Source of the DNA: Promethearchaeota archaeon
GTDB taxonomy: Archaea > Asgardarchaeota > Lokiarchaeia > Sigyniarchaeales > SOKP01
DNA: 64,000 nt
Reading direction: 5' to 3'
Assembly (NCBI GenBank): GCA_048938005.1
Contig: JBHLMQ010000013.1
Span: 15,543-79,542, forward strand
Below are positions 10,015 through 20,086 of this stretch, one piece after another. The first letter of the stretch is position 1; every line of letters starts with the position of its first letter. Both the position numbers and the translations under genes were made by a program. The notes beneath the pieces were generated by a model that saw only the letters and a program-made list of their open reading frames with translations, ran no database searches and was not told the origin of the DNA.

Positions 10015-10428
10015 TTAAGAAATTAAAATCTTAAAGACTTCATTAAGATGCTCTTCAGATGCATGGGACCTTGGGATTTTAATTCGAAATTTTTTATCAT
10101 CGAAATTTCTTGGAATTATATGAACGTGAAAATGTTTTATTACTTGACCAGCAGCTGTAAAATTATTTTGAAGTATATTATATCCATCAATTTTTAATTT
10201 ATCATGAATCATAGTTGCTAAGCTCTTTACAACTTTATATAGTTCAGTAAGCTCATAATCAGGGATATCCTCTAAATTTGAATAATGGTTTTTGGGTATC
10301 ACTATTGTGTGTCCATTAGAAATAGGAGAAATACTTAAAAAAGCAAGATTTAAGTCATTTTCAAATACAATTTTTGAAGGAATTTTCTTATTCGTTATTT
10401 TGCAAAATATACAATCTGTTTCATTCAT
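10015..10428 (-). CDS. HIT family nucleotide hydrolase
   Basis: CIFCKI, GHTIVIPKNH, AGQVIKHFHVHIIPR. Confidence 0.93.
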   Translation of the reverse strand: MNETDCIFCKITNKKIPSKIVFENDLNLAFLSISPISNGHTIVIPKNHYSNLEDIPDYELTELYKVVKSLATMIHDKLKIDGYNILQNNFTAAGQVIKHFHVHIIPRNFDDKKFRIKIPRSHASEEHLNEVFKILIS

Positions 10429-10567
10429 TTATTTTAAACATTCTTATTATTAAGATATTTTTTATATAATTTATATAATTTAATTTAAAATTAAAAAATC
10501 TTTACTCAGTTTTAGCATAATAAAAAATACATATTTTTCATCTTAATGCTCGTAGATAGTAATTGTA

Positions 10568-11383
10568 ATGTTGCTTCAAGAAATAAAAGCGATCTTAGAG
10601 AATAAATTATCTCCTAAACTATTTAGGATGAGTTCTGATATTTATGGAATACATTATGGTAAAAATAATAACATTAAACTAATAAAGAAGGTATTGCTTA
10701 CGATTGATTTAAGTTTAGAAGCAATACACTTTGCCCTAAAAAACAAGGTTAACTTAATAATCTCTCATCATAGTATAATTAATAAACCAATAAAAAGATT
10801 TAATCAAGTCCTCGTAAATAAATTGTCATTGCTTTCGAAATACCCATTATCAATATTTGTATTAAATTCGTCATTTATTGCAGCAGAAGGAGGGATTTCT
10901 GACACAATTATGGAAGTACTTTATCTAAAATTAGAAACCATATTTCAAGTGAAAAATTATAAAGGTATTAAAATACCTATCGGAAGAATTTGTTCACCTA
11001 TGATTTATTTAAATAAAAAGCATCCATTTAGATTAGAAAATTTAATAAACCGGATAAAAACAAATCTGGATTTAGAAGCAGTTTTATATGTTGGAGATCT
11101 TAAAAGTATTATAAAAAGAATTTGTATTGTAGGTACAAATATGTCGAATATAAAATATATTAAGAAAGCAATGAATCTTGGCTGTGACTGTTATATATCA
11201 GGAAAAATTAATTATTTTGATGGAATTTTTGCTAGGGAGATAGGACTTAATTTAATAGAAACATCCTATTATAAAAATGGATTATTAGCGATGAAAAAAC
11301 TAAGTAATATATTGAGTTTAGAGTTTCCTCAGGTTGAATTTATCTTATTCGAATCTAAGAATCCTATTAAAACTTATATCTAA
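10568..11383 (+). CDS. Nif3-like protein, degenerate metal site
   Basis: IKKVLLTIDL...NLIISHH, IKRICIVG, DCYISG. Confidence 0.8.
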   Translation: MLLQEIKAILENKLSPKLFRMSSDIYGIHYGKNNNIKLIKKVLLTIDLSLEAIHFALKNKVNLIISHHSIINKPIKRFNQVLVNKLSLLSKYPLSIFVLNSSFIAAEGGISDTIMEVLYLKLETIFQVKNYKGIKIPIGRICSPMIYLNKKHPFRLENLINRIKTNLDLEAVLYVGDLKSIIKRICIVGTNMSNIKYIKKAMNLGCDCYISGKINYFDGIFAREIGLNLIETSYYKNGLLAMKKLSNILSLEFPQVEFILFESKNPIKTYI

Positions 11384-11480
11384 GGGATATAATAAAAGTT
11401 TAAATCTTTTAAGAAATATTTTGAATTTAAAATATTAAAACTTTTTACTTCATATTTGAAAAATTATTTGTGAGAAAATT

Positions 11481-12062
11481 ATGACCATAATGGAGTATAA
11501 TGGGAAAAGACCAGAAATAAGTCCACTTAGTTATGTATCACCAATGGCCACACTAATCGGGGATATACGTATTAATGATAATGTGATAATTTGGCCAGGA
11601 TCAATCATACGCGCAGAAAATTCACCGATTATTATAGGTGAATATACTACAATATTTGACGGAGTTATGATGTTAACCCGTTCTCAAAAAAGCTCAATAA
11701 ATATTGGGAGATATTGTATAATAGAATCTGGAGTAACTCTTTTAGGATGTTTTTTAGAAGATTATGTTCAAATAAAAGAGGGGACTTTAATTTTTGAAGA
11801 AGCTTCTATTGGAGAAGGCTCAATAATTCTAAATCAAAGTCAAGTTCCACCAGGTTTAACAATTCCAGCCCGAGCTGTTATGAGAGGAATTCCAGTTGAA
11901 CCGATAAGAGAGCAAACTCGTAATGATGTACTTAAACAGAAAGAAAAAGCAGAAAATTATTCTCAGTTATTTATTAAAATCAAAGAACAATTACCAAACG
12001 CTCAAAGTTATTTATTAACTTTACCAGATTTCATTAAGTTAATGTTAAAAAAAGAAGATTAA
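11481..12062 (+). CDS. Gamma-carbonic anhydrase-like left-handed beta-helix protein
   Basis: YNGKRPEI...ATLIGDI...IWPGSIIRAE...IIIGEYTTI, hexapeptide repeats, GIPVEPIRE. Confidence 0.85.
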   Translation: MTIMEYNGKRPEISPLSYVSPMATLIGDIRINDNVIIWPGSIIRAENSPIIIGEYTTIFDGVMMLTRSQKSSINIGRYCIIESGVTLLGCFLEDYVQIKEGTLIFEEASIGEGSIILNQSQVPPGLTIPARAVMRGIPVEPIREQTRNDVLKQKEKAENYSQLFIKIKEQLPNAQSYLLTLPDFIKLMLKKED

Positions 12063-12082
12063 AAAAAAACTAAAATTTTAAG

Positions 12083-12970
12083 TTATACCATAATATTTAA
12101 CATTTTTACAAGTTCTTTATAACGTGAGCGAAGAGTTACCTCAGTTACCCCTACCAAATTTGCTATTTCCTTTTGTGAAATTTTTTTATCCTTCTTTTTA
12201 CAAACTAAATATAATGCTCCTGCACATAAACCTTTTGGATCTTTCCCACTTGTAGAAAATTTGGTAGTAAAAGTTTGCAAAATTTTTATTGTTGTATTTT
12301 CCGCATCTGCATCTAACTCCAATTCTGCTATAAATCTTGGAATAAGAGAGATGGGATCTGTTGAGGGAGCTTTTAAATTTAATTCTCTAATTAATGTTCT
12401 ATAGCATCGTCTTACATTTTTAGCACTTATAGATGTCTGATCTAAAATTTCCTGTAAAGTTCTTGGAATTTTTCTTTCCCTACATGCGAAATATAAGCAA
12501 GCAGCTACCATCCCATTGATTGATCTTCCACGAAGTAATTTCTTTTTGAAAGCTTCAATATATAATCTTATTGCTGCTTTTTTTACATGATTTGGTAAAT
12601 TTAAATTACTACCAATCCGTTTTAATTCTGTTGTTGCAATTAACATATTCCTTTTATCCCATGTCATACGAGAATTCCATTTAGCAGCTCTTTTCAAGTC
12701 AGGGCTTTTAATATTAGTTTTATCTATAATTGTACTTAAACCCATATCCGGTAATAAAATTGAAATTGGAGATCCTGTTCTTTCTCTTGACTCTTTTTCT
12801 TGTTTAGTGAATGCCCTTTTTCCACTGTGAGATATATCAACAATTCTCTCACTTATTACTAAACCACACTGTCCACACACAGTTTCTCCTCTCTCATGAA
12901 GTAAAATAATTTTACCCCTACATTCAGGGCATAAATTCGATAAATTACTTAAATCTGATTCAACTTCCAT
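12083..12970 (-). CDS. tfb: Transcription initiation factor IIB
   Basis: Zn ribbon CPEC...CGQCG, RGRS, two cyclin folds, VTEVTLRSRYKEL. Confidence 0.96.
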   Translation of the reverse strand: MEVESDLSNLSNLCPECRGKIILLHERGETVCGQCGLVISERIVDISHSGKRAFTKQEKESRERTGSPISILLPDMGLSTIIDKTNIKSPDLKRAAKWNSRMTWDKRNMLIATTELKRIGSNLNLPNHVKKAAIRLYIEAFKKKLLRGRSINGMVAACLYFACRERKIPRTLQEILDQTSISAKNVRRCYRTLIRELNLKAPSTDPISLIPRFIAELELDADAENTTIKILQTFTTKFSTSGKDPKGLCAGALYLVCKKKDKKISQKEIANLVGVTEVTLRSRYKELVKMLNIMV

Positions 12971-13210
12971 AATAATAACCTTAAATTATTTCTAAAATTA
13001 TTTATTTCCCTATTTTTGTTGCTATTTTAACAGACTTTAACCCGTATAGCGAATAAAATATGGTTTTGAATACTAACTAAACTTAATGTGACTGAAAATC
13101 TAATATATTCTTTGATGCAAATAATATAAATATAAATATATTATATAAATGTTTCGCTCAGAATTTGTATATATTTTATTAATTTAGTATTGTTTTCTAT
13201 AGTTAAAAAA

Positions 13211-13843
13211 TTATAGAAAAAATGGAAGACATGTATTGAAACCAAACAAAATTCCTCCTCCTACACCAGAAATCAGAAAGGCTAATGTTTTTCTTGGATT
13301 AATGATTAACCGATTATTATTAATGAGATACCATAAACTTAATAAAATATCTAATATCGAAATTAACGAACCAAACGAAAAAAAATAATAGATCGTTTTT
13401 TCGTAAGGAAACTGAGAAACGCTAATATCCATTATTCCATTCAAGTAAAAAGGATCAATTTCACTAAAAGAAATAAAATTAAAGATTAATCTATCTGGTA
13501 AAGGATCTAAAATCCAAATTAAAAAATATGTGACATAATTAAATAGAATTCCAAAAGCTAAAACAATATAAGAACATCCTAGTATTAACCTTGGTTTTAT
13601 AAATGGGTCTTCTTCGTTATTTTTACCAACTAATCTTGATTGTCTATAAACACCTCTTAATCGTAATAAAGTTAATATTCCAACAGATAAAATTATAAAA
13701 ACAAAAATATATTTCATGTATTTACAGAAAATTAAAAAAAAATTATTAAAAGCTATACACCAGTTTTCTAATCCCCTAATTATGTCATTAAGTATATCAT
13801 CTATAAATAAATTCTTTATATTGACTTGTCCAAAAATAACCAT
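13211..13843 (-). CDS. Hypothetical membrane protein
   Basis: About 4 hydrophobic segments. Confidence 0.7.
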   Translation of the reverse strand: MVIFGQVNIKNLFIDDILNDIIRGLENWCIAFNNFFLIFCKYMKYIFVFIILSVGILTLLRLRGVYRQSRLVGKNNEEDPFIKPRLILGCSYIVLAFGILFNYVTYFLIWILDPLPDRLIFNFISFSEIDPFYLNGIMDISVSQFPYEKTIYYFFSFGSLISILDILLSLWYLINNNRLIINPRKTLAFLISGVGGGILFGFNTCLPFFL

Positions 13844-13897
13844 AACACATTATTTTCTAATATTGCTTATTTAAACTCTACAAAAATCAATACAAAT

Positions 13898-14329
13898 CTA
13901 AGATATCTTTTCACATTCACTATTTATAACCTTCATGGTAATATTAAAATCTTGCCACCAATCTTGCCCTTGTTGAGCTACTAACATTGGATCTCTCTTA
14001 CGAGAGTCTAAGCACCTAATTTCTTCTTTCTGCGCTTTTATTTTTCCTTTCCATATTTGAGAAATTATATTTTGCAAATTAATTTTCACTTTTTTAATTA
14101 ATTCTTCATATGGAACTGAAACGTCTTCGGTCTTCTGTAGTCTTTGAAGCTGGGTAAACTTTACCCTTTCTTTCGCTCGATTTATATCACTACAACTAAT
14201 TTTGATAGAAAAAGGTTCCTCTTTCCCCCATTTACAATATTTTTGAATATCACATAAAGAACAATAACTTTCAAAACTAATTATATAATCCTCAAGGCCA
14301 ATAATAGAATAATTCAGAGTTTTGGGCAT
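13898..14329 (-). CDS. Hypothetical protein with CxxCxxxxxC...C
   Basis: 143-aa ORF, YCSLCDIQKYC; possible metal site. Confidence 0.7.
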   Translation of the reverse strand: MPKTLNYSIIGLEDYIISFESYCSLCDIQKYCKWGKEEPFSIKISCSDINRAKERVKFTQLQRLQKTEDVSVPYEELIKKVKINLQNIISQIWKGKIKAQKEEIRCLDSRKRDPMLVAQQGQDWWQDFNITMKVINSECEKIS

Positions 14330-14478
14330 TTTTTTACCTTTGTTAATTAATTATAAAATGTACCCTTTAATCTATTATATTTTAGGTCAAAAAATTTTTT
14401 AAATACTATATATTAAATTTATTCGTTAATTAACGTTTTTTAAAATAAATAAGTTAATTTTATTAAAATTCCCGTTAA

Positions 14479-14552
14479 GGGAGAGTGGCTTAGCCTGGTA
14501 TAGCGCACGGCTGATAACCGTGAGGTCGGGGGTTCGAAGCCCCCCTTTCCCA
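14479..14552 (+). tRNA. tRNA-Ile(GAT)
   Basis: Acceptor stem GGGAGAG/CTTTCCC, anticodon arm CACGG-ctGATaa-CCGTG, GTTCGAA T-loop; CCA not encoded. Confidence 0.95.
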
Positions 14553-14606
14553 TTATTTTTCATATGAATTAATTTCAATTACATTCATTCAATTTTTTAA
14601 TTATTA

Positions 14607-15221
14607 TTGTATATTATAAATTTAGAAATGAAGAATTTAATAATCTCCGGAACACCAGGGTGTGGAAAGACATCAGTATCAAAAGAAATATCTAATTCAA
14701 CGGGAGCTAAAATTATATCTTTGAATGAATTGGCAATTTCTGATGAATTTTCGTTTGAATATGACGAAGATAGAAAAACATACATTGTAGATCTTGATAT
14801 ATTTCTTCCTTATATCTTAAAAAAAATTAATGAGATCAAAAAAAATGATCCTCCTTTTCTAATAATAGAAAGTCATTTTTCTGATATTATTCCAGAAAAA
14901 TTTATTGATTATGCATTTATTTTAAGGTGTGATCCGGATGAATTAGTTAAAAGATTGGAAAAAAAAAGATATACTTCAAAAAAAGTTGCTGAAAATATTC
15001 AAGCAGAAATTTTGGGTAATTGTGTAAACCATTTTATTCAAAAACGAACAAAGGTACCTCTTTTTGAAATTGACACCACAAATCTTAGTATTAAATCAGT
15101 AGCAAGAATTATTTTAGATATTGTAGTTGAAAATAAAAATGGATATGAGTATTTTATAGGTAAAATCGATTGGTTAGAAAAATTATTCCAAGAAAACCGA
15201 TTAAATGAATTTTTTGATTAA
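14607..15221 (+). CDS. Adenylate kinase, AK6/Fap7 family
   Basis: ISGTPGCGKT, IIESH, LRCDP...RL..R.Y...KV.ENIQAE, IDW. Confidence 0.9.
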   Translation: MYIINLEMKNLIISGTPGCGKTSVSKEISNSTGAKIISLNELAISDEFSFEYDEDRKTYIVDLDIFLPYILKKINEIKKNDPPFLIIESHFSDIIPEKFIDYAFILRCDPDELVKRLEKKRYTSKKVAENIQAEILGNCVNHFIQKRTKVPLFEIDTTNLSIKSVARIILDIVVENKNGYEYFIGKIDWLEKLFQENRLNEFFD

Positions 15222-15239
15222 AAATCAAAATTAACCAAA

Positions 15240-16901
15240 GTGGAAAATTTGAACTGGGAGATATCTGATATTGATGCTCTAGGAAGAATTGGAAAATTAA
15301 TTGTAAATAGAAAACAGTTAATTACTCCAAACTTATTTCCTGTGGTTCATCCTTTTAAAAAACTAATTTTAGCTCCAGATTTGAAGAAAATAGGTGTACA
15401 AGGTGTTTTTACAAATGCTTATATTATCTATCAGAATCCTCGGATACGAGATGATATTATAAGAAAAGGCTTGCATTCACATTTGAATTTTGATGGCATA
15501 ATCGCAACTGATAGTGGAGCGTTTCAAAAATATATGTATAGAAAACATAATTTAGAAATTAAAGCAGAAGATATTGAAAAATTCCAAGAGGACATTGGTA
15601 CAGATTTTGCCGTAATTTTAGATGACCCTGTCCAGCCAGATGATGATTATGATATAGCCAAGAATAAGGTTGATATAACAATTGAGAGAGCTAAAGACAA
15701 TGTTATTCGTAGAAAAAAGGACACATGTTTTTGGTTTGGTCCAATCCATGGAGCAAAATTCGATGACTTATTAAAAAGAAGTACTTTTGAGATGAATAAA
15801 TTAGACTTTGCAATTTATGCAGTTGGTGGTTTAGTTAAATTACTACTAAATTATAGGTTTGACTTAGTAATTAGGATACTTCTAAATGTAAAAAAGAATA
15901 TTTTATGGAATAAACCCCTTCATATTTTTGGATTGGGATTACCACAATTCTTTTCCTTGGCTGTGGCATGTGGATGTGACATGATGGATTCAGCAGCATA
16001 TGTTTTATTTGCAAAGGAAAATAGATATTTCACATTGTCTACAGGCACAAGGAAATTAGAAGATTTAGAAGAATTTCCATGTAATTGCCCTATATGCTGT
16101 AAATACAAACCCAAAGAAGTATTAAATCTCGACAAGAAATTAAGAACTGAACTTTTAGCCAAACATAATTTATATATTTCTTTTTCTGAATTAAGAACAA
16201 TACGTCAAGCGATTAAAGAGGGTAATTTATGGGAGCTTGTTGAACAACGGATTCGAAATCATCCCGGTTTAGTAAAAGCTTCAAAATTAATTAAATTATA
16301 TCTACCATTATTTGAGAGTCAGGAGAAATTGTATAAAATGCATGGTAGATTATATTCCTCTCCAGAGAGCATACAGAGACCTCTCTTATATCGTTATGAA
16401 TTAAAACTAAAAAACAACTATCGAGTTCCAGAAGATGCGAAATTTTTAGTAATTCTACCTGAATTAGATGTAAAGGGAGATCAATCACCAAGTATTAAGA
16501 AATGGCTGGAACAATTAGATACTAATTCATTAATTCCTAGAAAGTTTCTCCATATTACTTTTTTTTCCGATTTTTATGGGATTATCCCACTAGAATTAAG
16601 CTCCTCATTTCCTATGGGTCAATATGAAGCAATAATGCCCATATATGAAAATGATTTAATTTATTATAACTTGGTCCAAAAAACAGAATTATTCTTTAAT
16701 CTCTACTCTAAGTATTATTCTAAATGTGGAATATTAATCCCTGATAACTTTATAAATCAATTCAATGAAATTGTGGAGTTCCCTAAAAAAAATATTATGA
16801 AAAATCTAACTAAAGCGTTAAATTCTAATTATAAATTGGAGATTGCTTCTTGCATTGATATAATCACTCTTATTAAATATTTAAAAAGTGATGAAAAATA
16901 A
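15240..16901 (+). CDS. tgtA: Archaeosine tRNA-guanine(15) transglycosylase
   Basis: TPNLFPVV, TNAYII, TDSGAFQ, HIFGLG, DSAAY, Zn site CNCPIC...HN. Confidence 0.93.
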   Translation: MENLNWEISDIDALGRIGKLIVNRKQLITPNLFPVVHPFKKLILAPDLKKIGVQGVFTNAYIIYQNPRIRDDIIRKGLHSHLNFDGIIATDSGAFQKYMYRKHNLEIKAEDIEKFQEDIGTDFAVILDDPVQPDDDYDIAKNKVDITIERAKDNVIRRKKDTCFWFGPIHGAKFDDLLKRSTFEMNKLDFAIYAVGGLVKLLLNYRFDLVIRILLNVKKNILWNKPLHIFGLGLPQFFSLAVACGCDMMDSAAYVLFAKENRYFTLSTGTRKLEDLEEFPCNCPICCKYKPKEVLNLDKKLRTELLAKHNLYISFSELRTIRQAIKEGNLWELVEQRIRNHPGLVKASKLIKLYLPLFESQEKLYKMHGRLYSSPESIQRPLLYRYELKLKNNYRVPEDAKFLVILPELDVKGDQSPSIKKWLEQLDTNSLIPRKFLHITFFSDFYGIIPLELSSSFPMGQYEAIMPIYENDLIYYNLVQKTELFFNLYSKYYSKCGILIPDNFINQFNEIVEFPKKNIMKNLTKALNSNYKLEIASCIDIITLIKYLKSDEK

Positions 16902-17332
16902 CTGTTTTAGACAAAATTTACGCTTATGGGCATGAAAATATTTTTGGTATTCATAGCACAACTATAGAAGTTACTAAGGACAAAAATTTAACAAAGAAAG
17001 GTAATTGCATAATAGGGGTTAACGCTACAAAAGCTTGTTTTGATTTAAGCCCCAAATTAAAAAAAAATATTAAAAATGGAAATAAGATAAAAATTACGTT
17101 AAAAATTGATGATCTTCAGGATTCTTTTTATGGTTTTGGAAGTAAAGAGTTAAAATTATTAGATAAGGATGATATTGTCTTTCGAAAAAGTAATTATATT
17201 TGTGATAGAACTATTTTGATAAACTGTACTAAAACATCAAGCGAATTAAGTCGTGAATTAATTGAAAAATTAAAAAACCCTAGAAATAAATTATCAATCA
17301 TATTTGAATTAAATGAGATAAATGGAAAATAA
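16898..17332 (+). CDS. DUF371 family protein (apparent ATA start)
   Basis: Not in the ORF track. Open frame ITVLDKIYAYGHENIFGIHSTTIEVTKDKNLTKKGNCIIGV...FRKSNYICDRT matches DUF371; in-frame TGA at 16892-16894. Confidence 0.85.
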   Translation: MTVLDKIYAYGHENIFGIHSTTIEVTKDKNLTKKGNCIIGVNATKACFDLSPKLKKNIKNGNKIKITLKIDDLQDSFYGFGSKELKLLDKDDIVFRKSNYICDRTILINCTKTSSELSRELIEKLKNPRNKLSIIFELNEINGK

Positions 17333-18476
17333 TAATAAACCAGAAGTTCATTATGTCAAACTGAAAAATAACGATGTTCAGAATTTTATTGATCTTATAA
17401 AAAACAATCTTAATTCAACCCCATTTATTAACCATAAATTTAAAATTTTGCATGAAAATGATTATGTATTATTTCCAATTATTAAAAACCAAGTTCTCCG
17501 TGACAGAGTAATTAAAATAATAAATAAACAAATTAATCTTGAATTTATTTCCAAAAAAGGTCAAATGAATGAATATTATAAATATAAGACTCTTCAAGAA
17601 GCGTTAGAAGGTAAATTACCAGATAAATATTTAAATATAATCCCAAAATCTTATGATATTATTGGACATATTGTAGTTATTGAGTTTGATAAGTTTAATC
17701 ATATAAATGATAAAGACTTTAAAAATTATAAGGAAGAGGTTGCTAAAGCGATATTATTCGTGAATAAAAATGTTAAGACTGTTTATGAGAAAAAAAGTCA
17801 AATAAAGGGAAAATATCGCTTAAGAAAACTAGCCCTTTTATATGGTGAAGATAAATCTGAAACAATTCATAAAGAAAATGGCTGTAATTTTAAATTAGAT
17901 ATTAAGAAAACCTATTTTTCTCCAAGGTTGGTTTTTGAACGACGTAGAATTGCTTCAAGTGAGATAAAGGAGAATGCTTTAATCGTTGATATGTTTGCAG
18001 GAGTGGGTACATTTGCTATACAGATTGCAAAAAATAGAAATGTGAAAATATATGCTTTTGATTTTAACCCTGATGCTTATAAATACCTAAAAGAAAATAT
18101 TATTATAAATAAACTAAAAGGAGAAATAATCCCATATAAAATTGATGTCAAGGATCTCCTTAAACCTGCCAACCGAATAGGTCAATCATTATTACATAAA
18201 ATAGATAGAATAATTATGAACTTACCCGAGAATTCGATTGAGTTTATTAGGGAAGCTTGTTTTTTAATGAAAAAATCTGGTGGTGTACTACATTTCTATC
18301 AATTTTCAGAAAAACCAAAGCCAATTGAGAAAACTTTAAAGATTCTCGAAGAAAATTTATCGAATTTAAATTGGGAAATTGAAAATGTAATTAATTCCAA
18401 AAAAGTTAAGCATTACTCACCCAGATCTGATTTAATTGTCGTAGATTTAAAAATAAAATCTTTAAACCGATCTTAA
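17322..18476 (+). CDS. trm5: tRNA methyltransferase, Trm5/Tyw2 (Met-10+) family
   Basis: SYDIIG, HKENG, YFSPRLVFERRRI, DMFAGVG, DRIIMNLP. Confidence 0.88.
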   Translation: MENNNKPEVHYVKLKNNDVQNFIDLIKNNLNSTPFINHKFKILHENDYVLFPIIKNQVLRDRVIKIINKQINLEFISKKGQMNEYYKYKTLQEALEGKLPDKYLNIIPKSYDIIGHIVVIEFDKFNHINDKDFKNYKEEVAKAILFVNKNVKTVYEKKSQIKGKYRLRKLALLYGEDKSETIHKENGCNFKLDIKKTYFSPRLVFERRRIASSEIKENALIVDMFAGVGTFAIQIAKNRNVKIYAFDFNPDAYKYLKENIIINKLKGEIIPYKIDVKDLLKPANRIGQSLLHKIDRIIMNLPENSIEFIREACFLMKKSGGVLHFYQFSEKPKPIEKTLKILEENLSNLNWEIENVINSKKVKHYSPRSDLIVVDLKIKSLNRS

Positions 18477-18553
18477 AATGCAGATAACATAGAAAATATA
18501 TGGATTAAAATATAAGATATATAAATTGCTAGTTTAATGTTTAGGAACAATAG

Positions 18554-18628
18554 CGGACCTAGCAGGATTCGAACCTGCGACTTTCGGATTAGAAGTCCGA
18601 CGCCCTATCCAGGCTAGGCTATAGGTCC
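18554..18628 (-). tRNA. tRNA-Arg(TCT)
   Basis: Reverse complement GGACCTA...TCGGA-ctTCTaa-TCCGA...GGTTCGAATCC...TAGGTCC-G. Confidence 0.95.
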
Positions 18629-18913
18629 TCTATTTATCTATAAAATGTCTTATATTAAATAAAATATCATATATGATGTTTAAATTTTATTATGATTTTT
18701 AAGTGTATTTCACATATGAGATAACTATAAATAAAAAGGATTTTACAATAACTCCCTGAATTTAATTTCTATCGGATATTTTGAGTTAAAGGGTCTTAAT
18801 AAATTAATAAATTGTTAACATATTCTTTTTAATAAATAAAATTCTTTAATAAAATTTAAGACTTATATTTATTATATTATCTAGATTTGGTAAATTAAAA
18901 GAGAGTATTAATT

Positions 18914-19636
18914 TTGCTTAGGAAAAAGAATTTTCTTCATCAAAATATTCCATATTCCTTTATCTGGAATAAAATACACCATAAAGCAAAATACTCTCAA
19001 TTAACTGCTAACCAAAACGAGTTAAATAAACTTAAGGAACATTTTAAAAAAGTTTGTGATGGATTAATTCCTAATAATTTATTTAATTCAAAAGCATTTC
19101 CACGGGCATCTCAGTTTAAAATTAAAGGTATGAAATCCGCTTTTATAAGAAGTTTTAGCAAAAGTTTGATTAGATCAGGTAAGGTTCGATATCATGATTC
19201 TAATTCGAAATTGCCGAAGTATGTTCAAAAAGTTTTTGATAACTATCGGGTGAATAATTTTACAATTACTCCTGGGCATGAACCAATTTTGAAGAATATT
19301 TTAATTAAAGATAAAGATGCTATTGCAATAGAAGTTCCGATTTGGAATGAAGAAAAGAATAGAGTTATTACTGGTCATATTGATTTGATTCAAATTGAAA
19401 ATGAAGTAGTAAAAGTAATTGATTATAAACCTGAAGGAAACTTTTTACTTTCTCTACCACAAGTTGCTATGTATGGATTTTTAATTAAATCTAAATTAAA
19501 TATTAAAAAATTGAGATGTATTTCATTTAATCACCAAGGTGCTTGGGAATATGATCCAAATATATTACAAACAGACATTAAAGAATATTTAATCTCCCTT
19601 CGAATTAATGAAAGACCTTGGGAAACTTTTCTTTGA
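18914..19636 (+). CDS. PD-(D/E)XK nuclease (RecB-like)
   Basis: E.P...GHIDLI...VIDYK...QVAMY motifs. Confidence 0.8.
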   Translation: MLRKKNFLHQNIPYSFIWNKIHHKAKYSQLTANQNELNKLKEHFKKVCDGLIPNNLFNSKAFPRASQFKIKGMKSAFIRSFSKSLIRSGKVRYHDSNSKLPKYVQKVFDNYRVNNFTITPGHEPILKNILIKDKDAIAIEVPIWNEEKNRVITGHIDLIQIENEVVKVIDYKPEGNFLLSLPQVAMYGFLIKSKLNIKKLRCISFNHQGAWEYDPNILQTDIKEYLISLRINERPWETFL

Positions 19637-19648
19637 AGTTATGGGTAA

Positions 19649-19924
19649 TTAGAGGTTCTTTCCTTTAGGTTTTGAAGGTTCAGTTTTTTCCTCTGATTTT
19701 AAATATCCACGAAATAAGAAATAACATAAAAATAATGAAATAAATTCGGTAATAATACCAAAAAATGTAATTATTGTACCATTATATCCTAAATATCGGA
19801 GTAGTAAAGCGCATGCTAAACCGGCGGACGCTAAAATTACAAAAATTATACCTTTTATTATTTCAAAAAAAGAATCTTTTATATACACAAGTTCTTTTTT
19901 AATCCATGAGAATATCGAAGCCAT
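19649..19924 (-). CDS. Small two-TM membrane protein
   Basis: Two hydrophobic helices. Confidence 0.65.
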   Translation of the reverse strand: MASIFSWIKKELVYIKDSFFEIIKGIIFVILASAGLACALLLRYLGYNGTIITFFGIITEFISLFLCYFLFRGYLKSEEKTEPSKPKGKNL

Positions 19925-20086
19925 AAGAATATATTCCTTGTTTTCTGATTAGCTTTTAATTAAATTAAATAAAGATTATTTTAATATCTTTATTATTTCT
20001 AAGAAATAATTTAAAAACAAGTTATTCAAAAAAAAGATTATTATATCTTTTATATAATACATAGCGGCAAAAAATTCTAATCAATA

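Noticed and set aside
14479-18628. Integrated element bounded by the two tRNAs
   Set aside because: The intervening genes are housekeeping; no integrase or duplicated tRNA 3' end seen.
18914-19636. Cas4 / CRISPR locus
   Set aside because: No four-Cys Fe-S motif, no other cas genes, and no repeat-spacer array seen in the window.
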